A program made the translations under genes and the position numbers. The notes below the pieces were generated by a model. That model did no database searches. It saw only the letters and a program-made list of their open reading frames with translations, and had not been told where the DNA came from. Below are positions 37,602 to 46,939 of a stretch of DNA of 47,994 nucleotides, piece by piece (position 1 is the stretch's first letter; every line of letters begins with the position of its first letter). Origin of the DNA: an uncultured delta proteobacterium (GTDB lineage Bacteria; Desulfobacterota; Binatia; HRBIN30; BPIQ01); the NCBI GenBank assembly GCA_963761335.1, contig CAVXGR010000010.1, positions 1-47,994 of the forward strand. The letters run 5' to 3'.

Positions 37602-39290
37602 CTACTTCACCAGCCCCGCATCGCGCCGCGCCCGGTACGTCGTGTAGCCTCCGGAAAGATTGCGGGCGCGGTAGCCGTGCTGGGCCAGGAAGCGCGCCGC
37701 GTAGTAGGCGCGCTGGCCGACGGTGCAGCAGGTCCAGAGGTCGCGCTCCGCCGGCAGCTCGCGGTAGCGGCGCCGCAGCTGCGAGAGCGGCAGGTTGACG
37801 GCGCCGTCGATATGGCCGGCGTCGAACTCCGCCGGCTCGCGCACGTCGACAACCAGCGCCGCGGTGCTTGCCAGCTGCTCCCACGGCGCCAGCGGCATGT
37901 CGCCGTTGAGGGCGTTCTCGGCGATCATGCCGGCGAGGTTCACCGGGTCCTTGGCGGCGCCGAACTGCGGCGCGTAGCACAGCTCGGCCTCGGCGAGGTC
38001 GTGGACGGTGCCGCCGAACTGGATGGCGGTGGCGATGACGTCGATGCGCTTCTCGACCCCGGCGAAGCCCACCGCCTGGGCACCGAGGACACGGCCGTCG
38101 GGAACCGAGAAGAGGAGCTTCAGGTGGATCGGCTGGGCGCCGGGATAGTAGCCGGCGTGGTGCCCGGGATGGAGGTAGACCTTCTCGAAGTCCCGCACCC
38201 CGGCGCGGCGCAGCCCCTTCTCGCTGGCGCCCGTGGAGGCGACGGTCATGCCGAGAACGCCGACCACGGCGGTTGCCTGCACGCCGCGGAAGCGGCTCGG
38301 GCGGCCGGCGATCGACTCGGCGGCAATGCGCCCCTGTCGATTCGCCGGCCCGGCGAGCGGCAGCACCGTCTCCTGCCCGGTGAGCACGTCCTCGGACTCC
38401 ACCGCGTCGCCCATCGCCCAGATGTGCGGATCGGAGGTGCGCATCTGCTGGTCGACGACGATGCCGCCGCGCTCGCCGATCGCCAGGCCCGCCTGCTGCG
38501 CCAGGCCGATCTCCGGCTTGACGCCGATGGCGAGGATCACCAGGTCGGCGTCCAGGCGCGCGCCGCTCTCGGCCACCACCACCAAGCCGCCGGCGCTCGC
38601 CTCGATGCGCGCCAGGCCGTCCCCGAGATGCAGGCGCACGCCGCGCTCGCCGAGGTGATCGCGCAGCGGCGCCGCCATCTCCGGATCGAGGGGCGGCATC
38701 ACCTGCGGCAGCTTCTCCAACAAGGATACCGAGAGCTCACGGTGCATGAGATTCTCGACCATCTCGAGGCCGATGAAGCCGCCGCCGACGACCGCGGCGC
38801 GCCGAGCCTTGCGCTCGGTGATCCAGGCGCGGATCCGACGCGAGTCGGGAATGCTGCGCACGGCGAAGACCCCGGGAAGGTCCACGCCCGGAAGCAGCGG
38901 CCGAATCGGCGCAGCACCCGGCGAGAGCACCAGGACGTCGTAGCTCTCCCGCCGCTCCTCGCCGTTCAGCTGGTTGCGTACGGCAATGGAGCGGGCATCG
39001 CGATCGATGGCCATCACCTCGCTGTCGGTGTGCACCTCGATGGCGAAGCGCGAGCGGAACGACTCCGGCGAGGCCACCAGCAGCTTGCTCTCGTCGGCGA
39101 TCACGTCGCCGACGTAGTACGGCAGGCCGCAGTTGGCGAAGGAGACGTACGGGCCGCGGTCGAAGACCACGATCTCCGCCGTCTCGTCGAGCCGGCGCAG
39201 GCGGGCGGCGCAGGAAGCGCCGCCGGCGACGCCGCCGACGATCAGCACGCGCCGGCGGCTGGGGGTGGGAGTGTCGTCGGGTCTCTGCAT
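37602..39290 (-). CDS. CoA-disulfide reductase with C-terminal rhodanese domain
   Basis: GGVAGG, SFANCGLPYY, GGGFIGLE, YAPQF, DVRE..EF..GHI, CTVGQR, NLSGG. Confidence 0.92.
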   Translation of the reverse strand: MQRPDDTPTPSRRRVLIVGGVAGGASCAARLRRLDETAEIVVFDRGPYVSFANCGLPYYVGDVIADESKLLVASPESFRSRFAIEVHTDSEVMAIDRDARSIAVRNQLNGEERRESYDVLVLSPGAAPIRPLLPGVDLPGVFAVRSIPDSRRIRAWITERKARRAAVVGGGFIGLEMVENLMHRELSVSLLEKLPQVMPPLDPEMAAPLRDHLGERGVRLHLGDGLARIEASAGGLVVVAESGARLDADLVILAIGVKPEIGLAQQAGLAIGERGGIVVDQQMRTSDPHIWAMGDAVESEDVLTGQETVLPLAGPANRQGRIAAESIAGRPSRFRGVQATAVVGVLGMTVASTGASEKGLRRAGVRDFEKVYLHPGHHAGYYPGAQPIHLKLLFSVPDGRVLGAQAVGFAGVEKRIDVIATAIQFGGTVHDLAEAELCYAPQFGAAKDPVNLAGMIAENALNGDMPLAPWEQLASTAALVVDVREPAEFDAGHIDGAVNLPLSQLRRRYRELPAERDLWTCCTVGQRAYYAARFLAQHGYRARNLSGGYTTYRARRDAGLVK

Positions 39291-39387
39291 TTCGCGCCTC
39301 ACGGTCTAGCGGATGTTGTTAGCACGAATGCCGGCGAGGTGCGCCCTCTGGTCACAGCCGGTCCGATGTCATAGCTTGCGTACCGCA

Positions 39388-41397
<2,010 letters not shown>

Positions 41398-41400
41398 AGA

Positions 41401-41476
41401 GGGGACTGGCTCCTTTTCGGCGCCGGAACACTTCCGTGAGGATCCGCCCTTCGCCGACGAAAAGGTGCCCGTCCCC
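41401..41476. repeat. Inverted repeat element after ftsH
   Basis: GGGGACTGGCTCCTTTTCG ... CGAAAAGGTGCCCGTCCCC (17/19 complementary). Confidence 0.65.
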
Positions 41477-41597
41477 ATCCGCCACGGAAGCGCGGGGACA
41501 GTGCCTCATGAGCCTTGCGGCTCACCAGTAGACGATGAAAATGAGGCCGGGGATCTGCCCCGGCAAGAGACTTGGAGGTTCTCGCCTGGGCGAAGTT

Positions 41598-41840
41598 CGC
41601 CCCGGAGGGGCGGTGGCGTGTAGCCCCGGGTGAAACCCGGGGAAAAATGCGCGCTCCGTCATAGGCGCCCCGCCAGGGGCGCGGGCAAACTTCCGTCGAG
41701 GTCGCGCCTGTACGTCGATGATCACCGCTGGGTGCGTGGGAAGCTCATCGACGTGATTCATGCGGCCTCTACGCCTGCGCCCCTCCGGGGCGCTGATCTG
41801 GGCTAATCGGAACGCGGTCCCCGGGTTGGCACCCGGGGGT
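41598..41840. repeat. GTAG-type REP cluster between convergent genes
   Basis: CGCCCCGGAGGGGCG..GTAGCCCCGGGTGAAACCCGGGG, GCGCCCCGCCAGGGGCGC and degenerate inverse copies. Confidence 0.75.
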
Positions 41841-41847
41841 GTCCCCG

Positions 41848-43557
41848 TCAGGCGCGTGCGGCGCCTCCGCGGACGAGGCGACCGGGGCGGGCGCCAGTGT
41901 CCTCGCCGTCCTCGAAGGTGACCTCACCGGCGACGACCGTAAACCGGTAACCATCGGCGCGCTGCACCAGGCGCCGGCCGCCGGCGGGGAGGTCGAAGAC
42001 CATCTCCGGCGCCTTCAGGGTCAGGGCGTCGAGGTCTATGACGTTGATGTCCGCCTTCTTGCCGACCTCGAGCGTGCCGCGATCGGCGATGCCGTAGACC
42101 GCCGCGGTATTGCCCGTCTGCAGATGCACCGCCTGCTCCAAGGGGATGCGCTCGCCGCGGCGGCGATCGCGAGCCCAGTGGGTGAGAAGATAGGAAGGCA
42201 TGCTGGCGTCACAGATGAGACCGCAGTGGGCGCCGCCGTCGGAGAGACCGAGAACCGTGCGCGGATGCAGCATCATCTCCCGCAGGACATCGAAGTTGCC
42301 GTCGACGTAGTTGGCCAGCGGCGCGAACAGAAGCTGTCGGCCGTCGCGCTCGAGGATCCAGTCGTACACCGTCTCCTCCGGCCGCCGGTCTTCTCGGGCC
42401 GCGGCGGCGGCGACACTCGATTGCGGCTCCGGCTCGTAGTCCGGCGGATCGCCGAGCGGGAAGATCTGCGGCCAGTTCGTCATCAGCACGCGGGCGATGA
42501 GATTGTCGGTGTCCGGCTCCTCGGCGAGCAGCCGAGCGCGCACCTGCGGATCGCGCATGCGGGCGACGCGATCCTCGTGTGCGAGCCCGGCGAGCTCGCG
42601 GCGATAGGTGGGATGGGTGATGAACGGATGCAGCGAGCTCTGCAGGCCGTAGAGCATTCCCGTCGGACGGCAGGGCACCTGCGGCGCGATGCGCACCCCG
42701 GCGGCGGCGAGAGACTCGACGCGCTCCAGCGTCTCGCGCCAGGCCTCCGGCTGCATCGGCGTCTGCGCCAGGGCGAAGGTCAGCACCCGCCCCGTGCGGC
42801 GGCAGTAGTCCACCATCCACGAGAGGTCCGGCTCCTGTCCCTGCAGGTCCGAGACCATCTCGAAGACCCCGTGCCCGGCCTCGCCGAGAGCCGCGCCGAT
42901 GGCGAGCAGCTCCTCCGGCTTCGAGCGCGTCCCCGGCACCAGGCCGTGGCGGGAGCGATGCAGAATGGTGCGCGAGGTGGAGAAGCCGACGGCGCCGGCG
43001 CGCATCGCCTCGCGCGTCAGACGCGCCATCTCCGCGATCTCCTCGCCGGTGACCTCGAGGTCGTGAGCGCGCTCGCCGAGGACATAGGCGCGGATGGCGC
43101 AGTGGGGCACCTGGGCGGCGACGTCGAGCACGCGCGGCATGCGCGCCAGGGCATCCATGTACTCGGGGAAGGATTCCCACTGCCAGTCAATGCCCTCGTA
43201 CAGCGCCGTGCCGGGAATGTCCTCGACACCCTCCATCAGCTCGATGAGAAACGATTCCTCTCCGCGGCGCACCGGGGCGAAGCCGACGCCGCAGTTTCCC
43301 ATGACCAGCGTGGTGACGCCGTGCCAGCTCGACGGCGCCAGCAGCGGATCCCAGGTCACCTGGCCGTCGTAATGGGTGTGAACGTCGACCCATCCCGGAG
43401 CGACGAGCATGTCCTTCGCCTCGATCTCCCGCCGCCCGCGGCCGCTGACTTCGCCGATACTGCTGATGGCGCCGCCGTCGACGGCGACGTCGCCCTCGAA
43501 CCTCGGACGGCCCGTGCCGTCCACCACCATTCCGTTGCGGATCACCAGGTCGTGCAT
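41848..43557 (-). CDS. N-acyl-D-amino-acid deacylase family amidohydrolase
   Basis: DLVIRNGMVVDGTG, PGWVDVHTHYD, GNCGVGFAP, SDGGAH, DRGTL..GKKADINV. Confidence 0.92.
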   Translation of the reverse strand: MHDLVIRNGMVVDGTGRPRFEGDVAVDGGAISSIGEVSGRGRREIEAKDMLVAPGWVDVHTHYDGQVTWDPLLAPSSWHGVTTLVMGNCGVGFAPVRRGEESFLIELMEGVEDIPGTALYEGIDWQWESFPEYMDALARMPRVLDVAAQVPHCAIRAYVLGERAHDLEVTGEEIAEMARLTREAMRAGAVGFSTSRTILHRSRHGLVPGTRSKPEELLAIGAALGEAGHGVFEMVSDLQGQEPDLSWMVDYCRRTGRVLTFALAQTPMQPEAWRETLERVESLAAAGVRIAPQVPCRPTGMLYGLQSSLHPFITHPTYRRELAGLAHEDRVARMRDPQVRARLLAEEPDTDNLIARVLMTNWPQIFPLGDPPDYEPEPQSSVAAAAAREDRRPEETVYDWILERDGRQLLFAPLANYVDGNFDVLREMMLHPRTVLGLSDGGAHCGLICDASMPSYLLTHWARDRRRGERIPLEQAVHLQTGNTAAVYGIADRGTLEVGKKADINVIDLDALTLKAPEMVFDLPAGGRRLVQRADGYRFTVVAGEVTFEDGEDTGARPGRLVRGGAARA

Positions 43558-43602
43558 GGGAAAGAGAATGCGCGGCCGGCGGCGGGAAGGCAACTGCGGG
43601 AG

Positions 43603-43689
43603 CGGTGGCTCGGTTTCTCGGTGGCTCGGTGGCTCGGTGGCTCAGTTATCGGGTTGGTGGGTTATCGGGTTTTCGGGTTATCGGGTCGC
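43603..43689. repeat. Octamer tandem repeats (CGGTGGCT then CGGGTTAT)
   Basis: About 5 CGGTGGCT-like units followed by about 6 CGGGTTAT-like units. Confidence 0.8.
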
Positions 43690-43726
43690 GTCTCGCGCCG
43701 GTTTTGGCGACCCCAGGCCTTGCACA

Positions 43727-44233
43727 GGGCGCAACCTGGGGAATGGCGTTCCGGTTCGCTTCGATCCGCGCCCCGTAGGGGCACAGGCATGTAGCCCCGG
43801 GCGCAACCCGGGGAAAGGCGTTCCTGTTCCCCTCGATCCGCGCCCCGTAGGGGCGCAGGCATGTAGCCCCGGGCGCAACCCGGGGAAAGGCGTTCCTGTT
43901 CACCTCGATCCGCGCCCCGTAGGGGCGCAGGCATGTAGCCCCGGGCGCAACCCGGGGAAAGGCGTTCCTGTTCACCTCGATCCGCGCCCCGTAGGGGCGC
44001 AGGCATGTAGCCCCGGGTGAAACCCGGGAAATGACGTTCCGGTTCGCATCGATCCGCGCCCCGTAGGGGCGCAGGCATGTAGCCCCGGGTGAAACCCGGG
44101 GAATGGCGTTCCGGTTCACCTCGATCCGCGCCCCGTAGGGGCGCAGGCATGTAGCCCCGGGTGAAACCCGGGGAATGGCGTTCCGGTTCACCTCGATCCG
44201 CGCCCCGTAGGGGCGCAGGCATGTAGTCCGGGG
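43727..44233. repeat. Tandem array of seven 72-bp double-hairpin REP units (BIME-like)
   Basis: TCGATCCGCG at 43761, 43833, 43905, 43977, 44049, 44121, 44193; each unit GCGCCCC-GTA-GGGGCGC plus GTAG-CCCCGGG-(CGCAA/TGAAA)-CCCGGGG. Confidence 0.95.
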
Positions 44234-44304
44234 TGCGATCCCAGGCCTTGCCCCAGGCCCCTCGGTACTCTTCCTCTGGAACTGGGCTCCTTTCCGCTTC
44301 ATTC

Positions 44305-44334
44305 TTGACAGCTCGCGAAGGCGCGGCCTACAAG
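44305..44334 (+). promoter_or_regulatory. Putative sigma70 promoter of the integrase remnant
   Basis: TTGACA-N18-TACAAG upstream of ATG 44363. Confidence 0.45.
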
Positions 44335-44362
44335 CGAGTGCGTCAGCCGGAACGAGCCAGGG

Positions 44363-44583
44363 ATGCAGAGTCCACAGGAGGTCGCGCTCGAGGCAGTACC
44401 AAACGCAGCGGAGATCGCTGTTCGCGGACGGCTTCTGGACAAGCCTCCTGTCGCCTACGGCGCGAACTCACCGAAGTTGCTCGAGCCTGTGCGCCTTGCG
44501 CCGCGGGCGCGCCATTACCGCCGGCGCCCCGAACCCCCAGGCGCGGCGGCCGCGGCGTCGAGAGCCCGGCAGACAAGCTGTGA
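44363..44583 (+). pseudogene. intI: Integron integrase remnant with large internal deletion
   Basis: N-terminal PKLLEPVRLAPRARHYRRRPE (cf. IntI KLLDQVR..IR.RHYS.RTE) joined out of frame to C-terminal RGGRGVESPADKL* (44542-44583; cf. IntI RGG.GV.SP.D.L). Confidence 0.8.
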
Positions 44584-44589
44584 AGATGC

Positions 44590-44738
44590 TTCTGCGGAAA
44601 CCGCATATCTCCTTCGTCCTCGTCGACCCGCTCCAACCCGGCGGTTCGACGGACATCTCCACCGACACCGCGACCCGACCGCAAGGCGGCCCACGGCCAG
44701 GTATGCGATACGGATTCCGTATACGAAGTAGTTAGGGC
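44590..44738 (+). other. Putative attI region
   Basis: Palindromes TGCGGAAACCGCA (44593-44605) and ATACGGATTCCGTAT (44708-44722), then core-like GTTAGGGC at 44731, 16 nt before the first cassette ATG. Confidence 0.55.
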
Positions 44739-44746
44739 TGGCATCG

Positions 44747-45079
44747 ATGAACAGACTTACTGTCTACGTGGCGAAGCTCGACAAGCGGCTGCAATTAGCG
44801 ATCGCGTACACCATGTTCTTACTGGGACTCTCGGTCGGCGCGATCATTCTGAAATTCTTGCTCTCTCCTCTACGTGATTACGTTCTGCTCCCCGCGCTCG
44901 TCGATTGGGAGCCGGACGAGCGGCGATTTGTAGTTCTTCTGTGCTTCAACGTGATCATGGGCAGCTTCATAGTCGTCGCCTACCTCGTAGGACGGCGAAA
45001 CGCGACGATCCGCCGCTATTGGGATTGGTTCATCTCCCTGTCTGATGAGCTCCCTTACAGGAAGCGCAGGCCGCAGTAA
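44747..45079 (+). CDS. Gene-cassette ORF, two-TM hypothetical membrane protein
   Basis: Lower GC than flanks, two hydrophobic helices, starts just after GTTAGGGC. Confidence 0.7.
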   Translation: MNRLTVYVAKLDKRLQLAIAYTMFLLGLSVGAIILKFLLSPLRDYVLLPALVDWEPDERRFVVLLCFNVIMGSFIVVAYLVGRRNATIRRYWDWFISLSDELPYRKRRPQ

Positions 45080-45091
45080 CACATAGAGCAA

Positions 45092-45185
45092 GCCCGCGAA
45101 CTCGGGGTGAGCGGTGAGGGTGTGCTGCTTGACGAGTGCGTCCCTTCAGCTCCGCCGCCACCTGGCCAGCCACGAGCGTTAGCGC
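45092..45185 (+). mobile_element. Degenerate attC site 1
   Basis: GCCCgcgAAC (expected GCCCTAAC), imperfect hairpin GGTGAGCGGTGAGGG...CCCTTCAGCTCCGCCGCCACC, ends GTTAGCGC at 45178. Confidence 0.5.
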
Positions 45186-45262
45186 GCAAAGCGCGAGTAG
45201 ACCAACCGTTGTCGGCGGGGCGACAAGCTGGTATCGGTCGACTCGATGATGAAAGCGAACCA

Positions 45263-45499
45263 ATGCCGACCGTTTTGCGTTCTGGGCCGTACCGCTTCTA
45301 CTTCTACGCAAGTGACCAAGAGGAGCCAGCGCACGTTCACGTCGAGCGCGACGACGAGACCGCGAAGTTTTGGTTGGATCCGGTGCGCCTGCAGAGCAGC
45401 GGGGGGTTTGGCCGCCGCGAGATCAACCAGATCCAGCGCCTGGTCGAAAAGAACCGAGAGCAGCTCTTGAGGTCGTGGAATGAGTTCTTCAACGAGTGA
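45263..45499 (+). CDS. DUF4160 domain protein (HicA-like fold, putative toxin)
   Basis: MPTVLRSGPYRFYFY...EPAHVHV....AKFWLDPV...W.EFF. Confidence 0.9.
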   Translation: MPTVLRSGPYRFYFYASDQEEPAHVHVERDDETAKFWLDPVRLQSSGGFGRREINQIQRLVEKNREQLLRSWNEFFNE

Positions 45500-45830
45500 G
45501 CCCCAACTGAGTCCTGCGGTTCGCGTCGCCGTGACGAACGACGCCTTGACGGTGGATTTGGCGGACGGGCGGACAGTGATCGCCCCGCTGGCGTGGTACC
45601 CGCGGCTCCTGCACGCAACCAGCGATGAACGAAAGCGCTGGCGCCTGATCGGCCGAGGCGAGGGTATTCACTGGCCGGATCTGGACGAGGACATCAGCGT
45701 CGAGGGCCTGCTGGCCGGGAGGCCCTCCGGCGAAAGCCAACGCTCGTTCAAGCGGTGGTTGGCCGAGCGATCATCGGGCGGCGCTAACCAGCGCATGCAG
45801 CCGACGCGCAAGAAGCGTGCGCGCGGCTGA
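45480..45830 (+). CDS. DUF2442 domain protein (putative antitoxin)
   Basis: LTVDLADGR...PLAWYPRL..AT..ER..W.LIG.GEGIHWPDLDEDISVEGLL.G. Confidence 0.92.
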   Translation: MSSSTSEPQLSPAVRVAVTNDALTVDLADGRTVIAPLAWYPRLLHATSDERKRWRLIGRGEGIHWPDLDEDISVEGLLAGRPSGESQRSFKRWLAERSSGGANQRMQPTRKKRARG

Positions 45831-45847
45831 CGCGCACGCCGTTCGAC
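45781..45847 (+). mobile_element. attC site 2
   Basis: GCGCTAAC-CAGCGCATGCAGCCGACGCGC-AAGAAGCGT-GCGCGCGGCTGACGCGCACGCC-GTTCGAC; R'' GCGCTAAC is the exact complement of GTTAGCGC at the cassette start (45178). Confidence 0.88.
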
Positions 45848-46058
45848 GCGAGCGTCAGACTGCCCCGAGCGTAGCGCGGTTTCTCGTGGATCGGTGGCTG
45901 GGGACGGCGCTTCTACTTGCCCGCGGGCCGGCGGCACTCTTTCTGCGCGGCTTTGATACGGCCTCCTCATGGCGCGGGCTCAGCCGCACCGAAGAACGTG
46001 GGGGGGGCGCCGCACCTGCGTCGCTCGATATCGCCTCTCGCGTTGCGCATGGATCTCA

Positions 46059-46079
46059 ATATGGCTATTTAGGCCATAT
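46059..46079. promoter_or_regulatory. Operator palindrome of vapBC
   Basis: ATATGGC-N7-GCCATAT overlapping the antitoxin ATG; no RBS, so probably leaderless. Confidence 0.65.
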
Positions 46080-46371
46080 GAAAGAGGCCAAGATATCCGA
46101 GATCAAGAACAATCTGAGCCGATACCTGAGCCTGGTCAGACATGGCGAGGTGGTTCGCATCCTCGACCGCGAGAGACCGATCGCACACATCGTGCCGATC
46201 GGCGAGGCGGCGGCGGGGACGACGGGCGAAGAAGCCCTCGCAGAGATGGAGCGCAAGGGGCTGGTGCGGCGCGGAACCGGGCAGATCGCCGACGAGATCT
46301 TGCGGCGCGATCCGCCGGGGAAAGAGGCCGGTGTGCTCGACGCCCTTCTCGAGGAACGCGACAGCCGGTGA
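46078..46371 (+). CDS. vapB: Phd/YefM family antitoxin
   Basis: ISEIKNNLSRYL..VRHGE.VRILDR.RPIAHIVP. Confidence 0.9.
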   Translation: MKEAKISEIKNNLSRYLSLVRHGEVVRILDRERPIAHIVPIGEAAAGTTGEEALAEMERKGLVRRGTGQIADEILRRDPPGKEAGVLDALLEERDSR

Positions 46372-46796
46372 GGTTCTGGGATTCGTCGGCGATCGTGCCG
46401 CTGGTGTGTCGCGAAGCGGCGAGCGCAACCGCCAGGGGCTGGTTGCGGGAAGACCGTGTCGTGCTGGTGTGGGCCTTCACGCCGACCGAAGTGATCTCCG
46501 CGCTGACGCGGCGGCGGCGTGGGGGCGCGCTCGACGCGAGGCCTTTTGCCGAGGCGAAGCGCCGACTGAGGCTTCTCGAAGAGGCGTGGAGTCAGGTCGT
46601 TCAGTACGAAGCGGTGCAAGCGAGAGCGCGCCGGCTGCTGGAATCGCACGCGCTCCGCGCCGCCGATGCACTGCAGCTCTCCGCCGCTCTGGTCGCCGTT
46701 GAGGACCGCCCGCAACGCACGGCGCTGGTGACCTTCGACGCCCGGCTCGCGACGGCAGCTGAGAAAGAGGGTTTTACCGTCCTGACGAGCAATTGA
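46368..46796 (+). CDS. vapC: PIN domain toxin VapC
   Basis: FWDSSAIVPL, E.ISAL.R, LRAADALQL.AAL, VTFDARL; GTGA overlap. Confidence 0.92.
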   Translation: MRFWDSSAIVPLVCREAASATARGWLREDRVVLVWAFTPTEVISALTRRRRGGALDARPFAEAKRRLRLLEEAWSQVVQYEAVQARARRLLESHALRAADALQLSAALVAVEDRPQRTALVTFDARLATAAEKEGFTVLTSN

Positions 46797-46855
46797 GCGG
46801 CCCGGCCGCTCGAAGAACGCCGGTGGGGCGGACAGAATGCTGTCGCCGCCTGTCG

Positions 46856-46939
46856 GACCGGGTGGTACGCCTCGACGAGGTGCCCGCCGGCTACCGGGCG
46901 ATGAACGAACGGGAGGCGCTCAAGGTGATGGTCGAACCC
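46856..46939 (+). pseudogene. C-terminal fragment of a zinc alcohol dehydrogenase
   Basis: DRVVRLDEVPAGYRAMNEREALKVMVEP resembles the end of MDR dehydrogenases; the rest of the gene is absent. Confidence 0.55.

Noticed and set aside
41522..41761. 79-aa minus-strand ORF
   Set aside because: Runs through REP hairpins, has no recognisable family and no clear RBS
43727..44233. Possible CRISPR array
   Set aside because: The segments between hairpins are near-identical rather than unique spacers, the unit matches dispersed REPs at 16.2 and 41.6 kb, and there are no cas genes
43646..44302. ORFs with 24-aa repeats on both strands
   Set aside because: By-products of the 72-bp stop-poor DNA repeat; conservation follows hairpin symmetry, not codons
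44496..44735. ORF with faint resemblance to the integrase HSF/DIST region
   Set aside because: The true IntI-like C-terminus stops at 44583 in another frame, so this stretch is better explained as attI DNA
46930..46937. GGTCGAAC as R'' of a third attC
   Set aside because: No downstream hairpin or GTT box, and it lies within the ADH fragment
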